Below are positions 1 to 11,599 of a stretch of 64,000 nt of DNA, in pieces; within the stretch, counting starts at the first letter, position 1, and each line of letters starts with the position of its first letter. Source of the DNA: Mobula birostris (lineage: Eukaryota); NCBI RefSeq assembly GCF_030028105.1, contig NC_092375.1:44057130-44121129 (forward strand). The letters run 5' to 3'. Under the pieces are notes generated by a model, which was not told the origin of the DNA, searched no databases, and was given only the letters and a program-made list of their open reading frames with translations. The translations under genes were made by a program, and so were the position numbers.

Positions 1-560
1 TTATAAAGCCTCAGGGTCACATCTTTTCTCTTATATTCTAGTCCTCTCCAGATGAATGCAAACATTGTATTCGCCTTCCTTATCACCAACTCACCCTGCA
101 AGTTAACCTTGAGGGAATCCTGCAGCACTCCCAAGTCCCACTGCACCTCTGATTTTTGAATTTTCTCCCCATTTACAAAATAGTCTACGCTTTTATTCCT
201 TCTACCAATGTGCATGACCGTACACTATATTCCATCTATTCTAGCAACTTTTACGTGTGTTGCTATATTCCAACTGCCACTTTTTTGCTCATTGTCCCAA
301 ACTGTCTGTCCTTCTGTAGACTCCCTACTTCCTCAACACTATCTGCCCTTGCACTAATCTTTGTATCATCCGCAGTCTTCGCCACAAAGCCATCAATTTC
401 ATCATCCAAATTATTGCAATAACATAAAAAGAAGCAGTCCCGATACCGACCCCTGCAGAGCATCGCTAGTCACCAGCTGCCAACCAGAGTAGGCCTCCTT
501 TCTGCCAACTCTTTGCCTCCTGCCAGTCAGCCAATCATCTATTCATGCTAGTATCTTTCT
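1..560 (-). mobile_element. CR1/HER1-type LINE ORF2 (RT C-terminal) fragment, decayed
   Basis: Minus ORF 263-463 reads NNLDDEIDGFVAKTADDTKISARADSVEEVGSLQKD, a degenerate version of the CR1 'INDLD...SKFADDTK' region; boundaries approximate. Confidence 0.85.
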
Positions 561-1477
561 TGTAATACCATGGACTCTTATGAGTCTGATAGTAAGTGTT
601 CCTTATGAAAGCCAGAGCAAAACAATGATTGTAAACTGAGTTGAACATAAGAAACACTAAAAGTGATTCCAACACATTTTCACTTTTAAATCTTACATCC
701 TGTATACTAAGCGTTTAGGAATTCTACACATGGGTATTAAGGAGGCCAAAAAACTATTAGAAGAAATTGCTTCTAAACAAAATGTCTTTGCTGCAATTGG
801 CATTAGATGCTCTCAAATGTCCACAACATGAGATTTCAACCTTTGACTCCATACATTGAATAACCCGAAGTGCATAATCATATTCTTTATCAAAGTACCA
901 AGTGCAGAAAATCTGGCTAGAAAGATTAACATAAATTGCTGCTATTGTGTTTATAAAATATGTGAAGCTCTCAAACTCGTTTACCAAAAAAAAATTCAAA
1001 ACGGAGACATTATGTTAACTTTATGTAGAAAACGTTGCTTTTACCACACGTGGGAGAACTGTTCTGGGGACCACATGAAAACATCGAGACAGTAAAGAAA
1101 ATGTTCAAAAACTTAATTATACAGTACCAGGGCGATTTGGTTTCACACTGAGGAAAGGCCATTACTACAAAAACTGTATACCAACTTAACGAAAGCCTCA
1201 AAAATATTTTCAAGATTAAGAGTTATCTAAAAATAATTGACTATAAATATCAAGCCATCAAATATTCAAGATCGTCATCCTCCCTAACTAAGATGGGGGG
1301 TTGGGCCAAGGGCCTCCGCCATAATGTACTTCCATACTTTCCACCGCCAAAATCAATGTTCAAACCTTTTAAAATCTCTCACATAAAAGTAGATGTTATA
1401 AACACTCAGAAGGTCATCGTGGAAAGAGAAAATTAGGGCACATTTCTGGTCGGCAACCTGAAATATTAACTCTGCTA

Positions 1478-1640
1478 CACACATCAAAGTTGCTGGTGAA
1501 CGCAGCAGGCCAGGCAGCATCTCTAGGAAGAGGTACAGTCGACGTTTCGGGCCGAGACCCTTCGTTAACTCTGCTTCTCTCTCCATGGATGCGACCTGAT
1601 CTGCTGCGTGTTTCCAATATTTTTCCGATTTGTTACATCT
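1478..1640 (-). mobile_element. Penelope-like-derived short repeat (young arm joined to an older arm)
   Basis: 1484-1565 is almost identical to the left arm of the 59924-60119 palindrome. On the minus strand the hammerhead core CTGACGA is replaced by TTAACGA at the junction. Confidence 0.75.
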
Positions 1641-1844
1641 CCGGTATCTGCGGACATTTCTGCTCTTCTATAATCTCTCAACGCCTTGTTAGTACCTATT
1701 CCCAATAAAGCACGAACAATATATCGCATTATCACGATCAATAATCTTAGTAGACCTCGTAATATTAAATAGATCAAACATGCTTTCAGCTAGAATAATA
1801 ACCTGCAAAATATCCTCAAAAACGTAGAATTTACATGTACCTTA

Positions 1845-2110
1845 GCAGAAAACCCGGTTTCGTCCCGGTCCTACGATCTTCTCAAAACCCCTTTTGCGGT
1901 AAAGTGTCTAACCTCTGAACACAAACAAGAAAAAAAACTAGTAGAGAGGAAGGATCTGAGCTGAGCACCAATAAAACGCCGCGCCGAACGTTTCGTCACT
2001 AGTTGTTGGGCAGAAAGGAACTGAACAGGTTGCGCTCGCAGCGATGCTCGTCCTTCATACCTTCCGCCGATATAAACGCAGTCGCGAATCTGCCTTTGTT
2101 TTTAGGTACC
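1845..2110. promoter_or_regulatory. CpG-enriched promoter/first-exon-like segment
   Basis: Local CpG enrichment (cgccgcgccgaacg, gcgctcgcagcg, gtcgcg) in CpG-poor sequence, not recognisably a repeat; possible minus-strand donor TAAG|gtacat near 1845. Confidence 0.35.
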
Positions 2111-2199
2111 GACATCATGAAGACGATATGCAAAGCCCCGCAATTATTTGAATACTCAAATATTAATGTTTTGTAATGTAGTACATTAATCAAAATACT

Positions 2200-2465
2200 T
2201 AGCTAATGAAAGTGAACTTTGCGGCAGCAGTACATTGCAAAACATGATAAATATAGAAAAAAACCGTGAATAGTGTTAAATAGGTAGTGCAAAAACAGAA
2301 ATAGAAAAGTAGTGCGGTAGCGTTCGAGGGCTCAATGGCAGAGAGGACGAAGCTGTTCCCGAATCGCTGTGTGTGCGCCTTCAGGAACTGTGTGTACCTC
2401 CTTCCTGAAGGTTAACAATGAGAATCGGGCACGTTCGGAGTGGTGGGGTCCTTAATGATGGACGC
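2200..2465 (-). mobile_element. Rex1/Babar-like LINE 3' remnant
   Basis: Reverse complement resembles the 3' ends of the Rex1-like copies at 31820-37010 and 42245-43035 (DPHHPG...SGRRY...RFRNSF region). Confidence 0.55.
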
Positions 2466-2555
2466 CACAATATTAATTTGAATATCCGAATTGTTCTTCG
2501 GAATTTATTTCAAAATAATTTAGAACGAGTCATCGAAGATCAGTGGCCATAAACG

Positions 2556-2640
2556 GACCAATTCCGAGTAATAGGAACTGCGTATAAACGGAGAAACGAA
2601 ACTGAAAGTGAGTGAGTGGAAATTTTGAAAACAATCCCCG
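2556..2640. promoter_or_regulatory. ISRE/IRF-element cluster with CCAAT and TATA-like boxes
   Basis: GAAACGAAACTGAAAGT at 2593-2609 (three GAAA cores, matches the ISRE consensus GAAANNGAAA); CCAAT at ~2557; TATAAA at 2583-2588. Confidence 0.5.
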
Positions 2641-2779
2641 CTTCACCCCCAACAGCCCGATCAGCGACCCTCCTATGGTATGATCATTATCGTCCGCAGT
2701 TATGTTTTGTATTTCTGTTGCGCGCTCGTATTGAAGAGTATATGGGAACTTAAAAGTGTGCAGATGGCCGTTTTCGACA

Positions 2780-3030
2780 GCATAGTGACTGCTTCGCCGC
2801 CTCAGTGACCAGGGGTGTTGTCTGCACATTCTCCCTTGTGAGTATTTCGGTTTCGTCCCACATCCATGGTAGGTTAACAGGCTACAGTATATAGGTGAGT
2901 GGCAGGAGAATCAAGACACAGGCAATAGCTGTAAATAGATAATGGGAAAATAAGAGGGGGGATGGCACTGATGGAAATGCTCTCAGAACCAGAATAGAAT
3001 TGATGGGCTGAATGGCATTATTCTGTGTGG
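2780..3030 (+). mobile_element. HE1-like SINE remnant with CR1-like tail
   Basis: tgcacattctccc...ggtttcgtcccacatcc...ggttaa core followed by gatgggctgaatggc tail, as in elasmobranch HE1/V-SINEs. Confidence 0.55.
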
Positions 3031-3879
3031 CTGTAGATATATTAAAAATACACTCGGAGGAAAAAATGTCTGGTAGCAGCTGTAGGAAGAAACAGTTAAT
3101 GTTTCAGGGCAATTAATTTTATCAGAACCAGGAAAAAAGTTGAAAGATAAAGCAAGGTGCAAAGAAAGGAATAGAAGAGGAAACAGGATTAATAATATTT
3201 GTGTTCGAAAAGCATGAACACGTGTGGCTGTGGCTTTTTGTGCTTGTACTGAGAGATTCCCCACAGTCCCTCAGGAAGGATCTCTGCTGGGGTAGTTCCA
3301 AAATACTTGCATAGTGATTAGGCACAATGCCTGGAGTTCAATTGCTGCAGCTCAGCTGCCAATATTGGGAACATTATGTCAGCTGTTGGACAGCCTGTAC
3401 TAGCATTGTACATGATAACCATATTTAAAAATAGGGCCAATGGTCCAATAAGAGGCAATTGGTAACCTATCTTTTTTATTCTCTTTTGTCTTTTCTTTCT
3501 TTTAACTGTTCATTCCTCCCTTTTTATACATATTCCTTGCTCATTCATGTTTATCCTCCCTTCTGCCTTTATCCTCCTCCCTCCCTCATCCTCCTTCATC
3601 CACTCCACCCTCATTCTACCACCCACTTCCATCCTCCATCTTACCTTACTTTCCCAATTTCTTCCCTTTACTCCTTCCACCTCTCAATCTCTACCTCACT
3701 CTAACCTCTCTCCCTCTCCACCATTTCATTTCTCCTCTCCTCTATCAGCAATAGCCATAGGCAATTTGGAAAACTTATCAATACACTGTTATTGGCAAAC
3801 ATCTTTCTCCCCTTTTCACTGATCTATTTCAAGAGACTACCAATAACATCACTGTTGGCAACACCATTGCTGTTGGCAG

Positions 3880-4245
3880 AACCTCAGATGAAGCTCAGGA
3901 GGTGTACAGGAGCAAGATAGATTGGCTGGTTTAGTGGTGAAATCACCCTACATCAGCAAGACCAAGGAATTGCTTGTGGACTTCAAGAAGGGTAAGTTGG
4001 GGGAATACACATCAGTCCTCATTGAGGGGTCAGCAATGGAAATGAAGAGCAGCTTCAGTTTCCTGGGCATCAACATCTCAGAGCATCTGTCCTTGACCCA
4101 ACACATTGATGCAATCATGAAGAAGGAAATCATGAGTGGCTATTCTTCATTGGGAGTTTGGGGAGATTTGGTATGTAATGTGAGCAAGTTTCTGCAAACG
4201 TACATTGGAGTGCATTCTGACTGGTTGCATCAACGCCTGGTATAG
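3880..4245 (+). mobile_element. Rex1/Babar-like LINE RT C-terminal fragment
   Basis: ORF 3922-4245: KTKELLVDFKK...SSFSFLGINISEHLS, homologous to KTKELVVDLRR...YKYLG in the intact copies. Confidence 0.8.
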
Positions 4246-7200
4246 AGGCTTTGTTCCTACTTCCCTCCTCCCACCTTTCTCCATTGCTGTGTTATCTCTG
4301 CCTTCTTAAGCCCATATCCTCTCACCTCCTCCTTCTGTTTCACCTTCTCCTGTACACCCTCCTGTTTCTCCCTTTCTGCTCTCCATCTCCATCACCATCA
4401 CCTTCTCCCTTCACCTCGACCACCCTCTTCCCTTTGCTCCCACTATTTGCTGCTGAAAAATCTACTAAAACTCTCTCCCTCCTCCCAACCCCTCTTTTCT
4501 TTCTCCCATGTGCCTTCACATTCCTCTAATCCTGTATCAACAGATGTCAAAAGTTAGGTTGGTTTAGCCAGTTGTCAAAGATGTTCTGCTCAGAATTTGA
4601 TGTCAGTGAAGTTTGCAGACCTTTCTTTTACTTTCTTTAAACTTTTTCACTCTCTTCTTTCCTTCCATCCATATCCTTCTTCAGCCTTTCCTGCAATCAT
4701 CTTTCCTCTCCATTCACTACACTTAGCTCTTCTATCAGTCAGGATTTCAAAGATGTTGACCAGGCAAATGAAAAAGAATGGACATCAAAGTCAGAATGAC
4801 ATGACTTAAAGAAAAATTTGCAAGAGTTGTGCTTCTTACAGTATATCTTTGTTGCCCTTGTGTTTCGAATAGAAACTGTAAGCATATGCGATACTGCTGA
4901 AGAAAGCTTAACAAATAGCTGCAATGCATTCTATAGCTGCAGAGTGCAAACAGTCAGGCACACATGTCGTAGACCTTGTTCACTATCAAATCTTGAAACA
5001 GAAAGCTAAATGTTTGTTGACCTATTGAAATGTGGTTGTTAAACATCTTTTACCAATTTTGTTTCAATCTCCTGGGACATATTTTTAATAAATACAAGAA
5101 AAACTCAGGCTTCACACATTTTGTCACAATAATCAGTAGTATAATCCAAAAGAAGAACTGATGAAATTTGTATGTATATTAATGTAATTAAATGTATTTT
5201 TTTCTTTTGTCACACTATCATAAGTGCATTTAAAAATTGGTGTCTAACTAAGGAATTTGACAATTTTGGAATATCATTTAAACGTTTATTGAATATATCA
5301 GACTCTGCATTTCCTTTAATTACTAATAATCTGAAAGCAAGAATAATTTCTATTAAGCATGATATATGTACAACAGCTTTAAAAGCAGCCTTTCTCTTGC
5401 TGAGAATGTTCCAGAAAAAAACCATCACAGAAGATCAGCTCCATGTGGTTCCAGGTTAGTTAAATGATACGGGTACCATGGTTTCCAGCAAATTTGCCTT
5501 CTGGAACTGAAGGTGAAAGGAAAATCATTATTTATAATATCAATTAACATTTTCTCCACAAGTACAACCACATTACAAGTTTTTAAAATTGTTTTTTTTC
5601 AACTACAGTTAATCTTACAGTTCCTAAATCCTTGAAGAAAAAGCAATGGAAATTGCAAGGTTTGGTTCCAGTCTCTCAGTGGTGAAAAGAGATATCATTG
5701 GTTGCCTATTCTGTTTAAAACAATTCTGAATATTCAGCATGTTTACCCACCAATCCACTTCTCTTCCTTTCCCAGTTCCTCCCCATAAGGTAACTACCTA
5801 ATAATAGCTCTAAGGTGAGAGGGGCAAGTTTAAAGGATATTTACAAGGCAAGTCTTTTATACAGTTAGGTGCATGCACTGTGGGTAAATGGTGGAAGAGT
5901 TATAAGGTGCCTTGACAGGTACATGAACAGGCAGGTCATTTAAAGATGCTGACCATGTGCAGACGATCCATATTGGCATCACAATTAGCACATTGCTTGT
6001 TCCTATGTTCTGGAGTTTTAAATGGAACACTCATGAAAGTACTAATTACTTGACATTCCATTATGTGATCTTTGCCCATGTCTTGTACATGTTTTTGTCT
6101 TAGTTAATGGTTTCTTGTATCCTTATAGGTACAGCATCTCTCTGCTCCCTATGCCGATACCACCGATGCAGTGATAACGAAGCACAGAGCCCAGATATTC
6201 TGATGTTTTGTCATTCTTTGTCCCAAATCAAATTCACCTGTGTAGTAAAAGCCATCATATGCCCTATTTCTCTACAACTGATTTTGTTTTAATAGAAGTC
6301 CCCAGCTTCAGATTCCCAGCAATCAAAAGAGCAAAATACTGCAGATGCTGAAAAAAAAAATCAAAATATAAAAAAGTGTTAGAAATGTTCAGAACAGGCA
6401 TCATCTTTGAAATTGGGAAAAGTTTGTTCTGTTTCTTAAAGAAGTATGCAAAAGAGGAAAGGGAAGAAAGCTATTGTGATATGTTAGAAGACGGGAGAGG
6501 AGTACATGCTGAAAGAAATGAAGAAACGAGGAGGTACAAGGTAACAGGTATGATATTCCAGGGGACACAATTGTTGATGCTGGAACTCTGAAACTGGAAG
6601 GTGCTGGAAACACTCAGTCCCAGAAATTATTAAATCAGATTAAAACTGGAAGGAATATATAGCAATTGGAGGATGAGGTTCTCTTTCTTGACCTCGCTTT
6701 GAGATTCAATTAACAGTACAGTACACAAGGGCATAGGTGTCCAAGTAGGAATGGAATGGAAAATTAGGATGACAGACTGGGATTTTGGGATTGTGTATGC
6801 AGGGTGAATGGGGTGTTGTTTAAAGCAGCTACAAAATCAGAAGTTGGCCTTCTCAATATTAGAGAGGGCTGAATCATGAGCAAATATTGAATTTTTAAAT
6901 TGAAAATGCAAGCAAGTCACTGCCTCACCTGGAAAAAGTATGTATGGTATGTCTGAAGCTTGAGATGGTAGGTGTTGTAGTGCCTGCAGTTGTTTTAGTA
7001 ATTGCTGAAAATGAAAGAGTAAAGCAGAGCTTCTTAGATAGGAAAAAAACTCTTGATAATGATAAAGTAGAGGATAAAAAGGTATAGCTTTTGGTAACAA
7101 TTTTGGAATTACTGGAAAGAACTAGTAGATGATCCATAGAAGACTGATAAAATGGAAAGTGAGGACAAAACTAACTGTATTGTAGGTCTGGAAAGGAGGA

Positions 7201-7689
7201 GTCTGGGTGAGATAAATATGCCCTGTTAACCATGATGGACAAGACTGAGAAAATAAAACACAAAACATCTTTTAAAATTAATTTTCTGGATCGGGATCTC
7301 GCAGTTTTTGGTGTCATGCCCAGTTACTCTGGGGAAGACTATAGTAGCCTACCTCCTTGAACTTGTGCAGTGGTTTTAGTAAAGGTTTTCTGCGAGTGCT
7401 ATTGTATGGGGATATATACCTAGCATTGATAAAGTACCAGCGATATATTTTCAAGATAGGACAGTATGTCATTTTTCTATGCAGATCATGGACATGGTAT
7501 GCATCTACTGTTCTTGTTCTTCTTGGTAGCAGAGGTCATTGGTTTGGGAGCTGTTGTGAGAGCTGCAAGTTAGATATGTGGACTGGTATACATTGTGTAA
7601 GAATGAGGAGGGAATGAATACATGGGATCAAAAAGAGTGCCTATCAAATGGGCTGCTTTGTCTGAGTTTCTTGCGTGTTGTTGGATTGG

Positions 7690-8085
7690 AAACAAAAGTC
7701 AAGGAAGCCTGGCCTGCTGAGTTCTTCTAGCATTTTGTATGCTTGTCTGTTACTCTGGATTTCCAGCATCCACAGAATCTCTTCTGTGTTTGATTTGCTG
7801 TTTCATTGCGAAGTCTCTTCGGGGTATGCTTCCCCTGAAGGAATTTAAATCTTCTCTTCGACAGGAATTTGGTGAGACCCTCTCTCACTGCTCCCCCTTT
7901 ATCTGTGCTGCTCTCTAACTCTTTGCCCCTTCCATCTTGTACTCCTTCTCCTTGCCCCACCTTCTTCCCCCTTCCTTTCCAGGCCCGATGAAGGGTTTCA
8001 GCTCACAGCTTCAACTCTTTATTCCTCCCCATAGATGCTGCCTGACCAGTTGAATTCCTCCAGCGTTTTGTGTGTGTTACACAGC
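7690..8085 (+). mobile_element. Penelope-like-derived repeat, decayed
   Basis: Contains cctggcctgctgagttc and cccgatgaagggtttcagc...atagatgctgcctgacc, degenerate versions of the hammerhead-bearing terminal repeat. Confidence 0.6.
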
Positions 8086-9245
8086 AATGTAAAGTTTCAT
8101 AAGAAATTTGATAAGCTGCTTGTTAAGCAGTTAGCACTCATTGGTTGTAGTGTGTGTGGGGGGTGGATAGCATAGGCAAGAATAATTTAAGCATGAATTG
8201 TGGAACAATTGCTTGACAGAATGCAGAATCGCTGTTTGGGTTTACATTACCAATAGGTTGCAGCAAGGATTTGTCCTTGACTTCATAGAAAAAAACAGCT
8301 TCAACTATTTACTAGCAGATTAAATGAGGGCAGGTGATATTTATAAGTTTACTGGTGAAAGAAAGTTAAATGGAAAATTAACTCTGAGGATGCAGATGCT
8401 GTAAGTGGTATTGATTAATTAAGTAAGGAGGTAACATCAAAGTGCCAGAAGTAGTTAGCCAAAATCACCGAACAGTCCAACACAGTTAACATTTCAGGCC
8501 ATTGTCCTTCATCTTTTTAAGTGCAGCTAAGTGTGGAGAAATACAGAAATATCCACTTTGATAGGAAAAATAAGAAGCAGTTTACTTTGAAGTGATGAGA
8601 GGCTTTCATGAACAAAAAGGCTCAGCAGAGGATGTACTTCTTGCAAAAGATGATAAAACTACACCTTCACAATAAAGTATAAAGTACAACATTCTGCACT
8701 GTCACAACAGAGAATATCCTCACGTCAGCTATAAATTTCTGGTTGGTTCATCATTCTCTCACAATATATGAAAACTACAGCGAACTGTCAGGTCAGCTGA
8801 AAAGGTCAGTGATTGTCTACGATCACTGCAGGACTTGTATGTGGCCAAAGCAAGGAAGTAGATAAGAAAAATTATTGCAGACACTACCCACCCACAAAAT
8901 GCCTTTTCCAAAACTCCCTTCCACAGAGCTCTTTAGCTCAATTTTTTTGAAAAAAAACACATTTTAAAAGTTTTTCCACCAAGAATTCAATCTGTTAAGC
9001 TATTCTATTTAGCCACCCCATGCCCCCTCTATTTATTACCTCAGTCATTGCACTGTAAACACTTTAAGCCACCTTTTATAGAGCTGTTTACTTTGTAAAT
9101 ACATGCTGGTATTGTGTATCTATGCACATTTTATTCCATATCTGTAACCTCTATGTTTATTTTTTTATAATTCTTTATTTCTGTAATGGTTGAATGTTCT
9201 TGTGTTTTGTTGCATGTCATGCCAATACACCACAACAAATTCCTA

Positions 9246-10635
9246 ATGCAAAATACTGGAGATGGTCAAGCAACAACTATGGAAATGAATAAACAGTAGG
9301 TATTCCAGGCCGAGAATCTTCTTCCAGACTGGAAAGTAAGGGGGGGCGATGCCTGAATAAAATGGTAGGGGGAGGGAGAAGAAGGATTAAGCTGGAATGT
9401 ATAGGTGAAGCCAAATGAATGGGAACAATAAAGAGCTGGAGAAGAAGGAATCTGACAGGAGAGGAGAATGGACTATGGGAGAAAGAGAAAAAGGAGGGGC
9501 ATCGGGGGGAGATGATATACAGGTGAGGAGAAGAGGTAAGAGGCCAGAGTAAGGAATAGGAGAAGAGGGAAGGGGGAGGTGAAATTTTACTGTAAGGAGA
9601 AATTGATGGTCATGCCATCCTAGATGGAATATGAGGTGTGCTCCTCCACCCTGAGGGTGGTCTCATCATGGCAAAATGAGGAAGCCATGCACTGACATGT
9701 CAGAATGGGAATAGGGATAGAAATTAAAATGGTTGGCCACCGGGAAATTCCAATTTTAGCAGATAGAGTGGAGGTGCTTGACAAAGCGTTCCCCCAATTT
9801 ATCTCGGGTTTCAGCAATGTAGAGGAGGCTGCATCAGGAGCACTGTATACAATAGATGACCCCAGCAGGATGGATGGGGGAGGAAGGGAGCAATACAGAT
9901 ATGTTAGGTGGTAGGATCCTATTGAAGATGGTGGAAATTTTGGAGAATGATGTGTTGAATACGGAGGCTCATGAGGTAGTAGTTGAGGACAAGAGGCACT
10001 TAATCCCTGTTAAGGTGGTGGGAAGATGGAGTGAGTGTGGATGTGCAGGAAATGGAGATGTAGGTGAAGGTAGCATCAATGGTGGAAGAAGGGAAACCTT
10101 GCTCTTTGAAAAAGAGAACATCTCAAGAGTTACTCTTGTCTTCATCCCATGAGACTCCGCATCCAAGACGTCATTCTCCACATATTCCACCATCTTCAAC
10201 CAGCAAACCAAAACAGATCTTTATCTCTCCTCATTCTCCACTCTTCACAGGGAGCATCCTTTCGTCCCTCTCCACTAAGTTCCCTCTGAGCACATGTCCC
10301 TGCAAATGACAAATGTTACACCTGTCCATTCACCTCATCCCATACCTCTATTCAGGTCCCCAAGCAGTTCCTTTGGGCGAGGCAACACTTCACCCGTGAA
10401 TCTGTTGAGGTCATCTATATTATCCAAAGTTCACCTAGCACATTCTAGCCAATCCTCCCTACCTTCCCCCCCACTTTCTTATTCTGATAATCTTCCCCCC
10501 CACATCCAGTCCTGCAATAGAGTCTCAGCCCGAAATGTTGACTGTTTATTCATTTCCATTGAAGCTACCTGACCTGCTGTGTTTCTCCAGCATTTTGTGG
10601 GTGTTGCTCCAGATTTCCAGGATCTGCAGAATCTT
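9246..10635. mobile_element. Penelope-like element: two 3' fragments in inverted orientation
   Basis: Minus strand ~9330-10130 encodes VPLVL..MSLRIQHIILQNFHHL followed by a decayed GIY-YIG-like segment. Plus strand ~10130-10500 encodes HPMRLRIQDVILHIFHHL. The termini are inverted copies of the short terminal repeat. Confidence 0.7.
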
Positions 10636-10848
10636 TTGTATTTATAAATTCCTAATACATGTAAATGTATATGGAGAATAAAGTTGAAGCTCAATCCTTG
10701 ATTGGTTAGTCTACTATTTGAAAGGCTAGTTAGTCTACTTTTCAGAAGTATTTGGGGAGCCTTTGTATTTGATATAAAGAAATGTAACTTTTAGGAGTGA
10801 AAACTTCGCAATATACAAGCACAAATTTCAAAACCTTGCAAGACATAC

Positions 10849-10959
10849 CTCTGTTTTGGGTTTAGAAGAATTTCTCAACACAAATGAAATAACACAAGAG
10901 CAGGACAAATAAACTGTAGCGGAGGATTGTCAATAAGTAACGCAAATTGGTTCCTATTT
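10849..10959 (-). CDS. Transmembrane exon with intramembrane Arg (NKp30-like), EIGTNLRYLLTILRYSLFVLLLCYFICVEKFF*; probably belongs to the V gene at 30.4-30.9 kb
   Basis: Strong acceptor (atttatctattgtattccag|AAATAG), phase 1; hydrophobic LLTILRYSLFVLLLCYFICV; TAA at 10864-10862; canonical donor CAGAG|gtatgt at 10849/10848 makes a 111-nt phase 1-1 exon. Confidence 0.65.
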
Positions 10960-11028
10960 CTGGAATACAATAGATAAATGATCAGTCAGCATGTTTAGTA
11001 TTTTGACATTCCATGTTGTTACAACCTA

Positions 11029-11554
11029 CACTCAGAAGCCACTCCATTAGGTGCACGTACACTTGCACATTAATGCAAATATCTAATCAGCCAATCGTGT
11101 GGCAGCAACTCAGTGAATAAAAGCAGACATACATGGCCAAGAGATTCAGTTGTCGTTCAGACTAAACATCAGAAGGGGAAAGAAATGTGACTTTGACCCT
11201 GTTGATGCGAGACGGGGTAGTTTGGGTATTTCAGAAACTGCTGGCCTGCTGGGATTTTCACACACAAGTCTCTAGAGTTTACAAAGAATGGTGAAAAGGA
11301 GAATCCAGCGAGTGGCAGTTCTGTGAGTAAAAATGCCTTCTTAATGAGAGAGTTCAGAGGAGGATGGCTAGACTGGTTCAAGCTGACGGGGTGGTGACAG
11401 TAATTCAGATAACCACACGTTATAACAGTGGGGTGCAGGAGAGCATCCCTGAATACACAACATGTCAAACCTTGAGGTGGAGGAGATCAGGAACATAAAC
11501 TCAGTGACTACTTTATTAGGTACAAGAGGTACATAATGATGTGACCACTGAGTG
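11029..11554 (+). mobile_element. Tc1-like non-autonomous DNA transposon
   Basis: TA-flanked inverted termini (TA|cactcagaagccactccattagg ... cataatgatgtgaccactgagtg|TA); same family as 47842-49125. Confidence 0.8.
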
Positions 11555-11599
11555 TACAGTCGGCCTTGATCATATCCTAATTGGAAGAGGGTCATAAGT

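Noticed and set aside
3459-4560. Leu/Pro/Ser-rich ORFs
   Set aside because: CT-rich low-complexity sequence flanking a Rex1 fragment.
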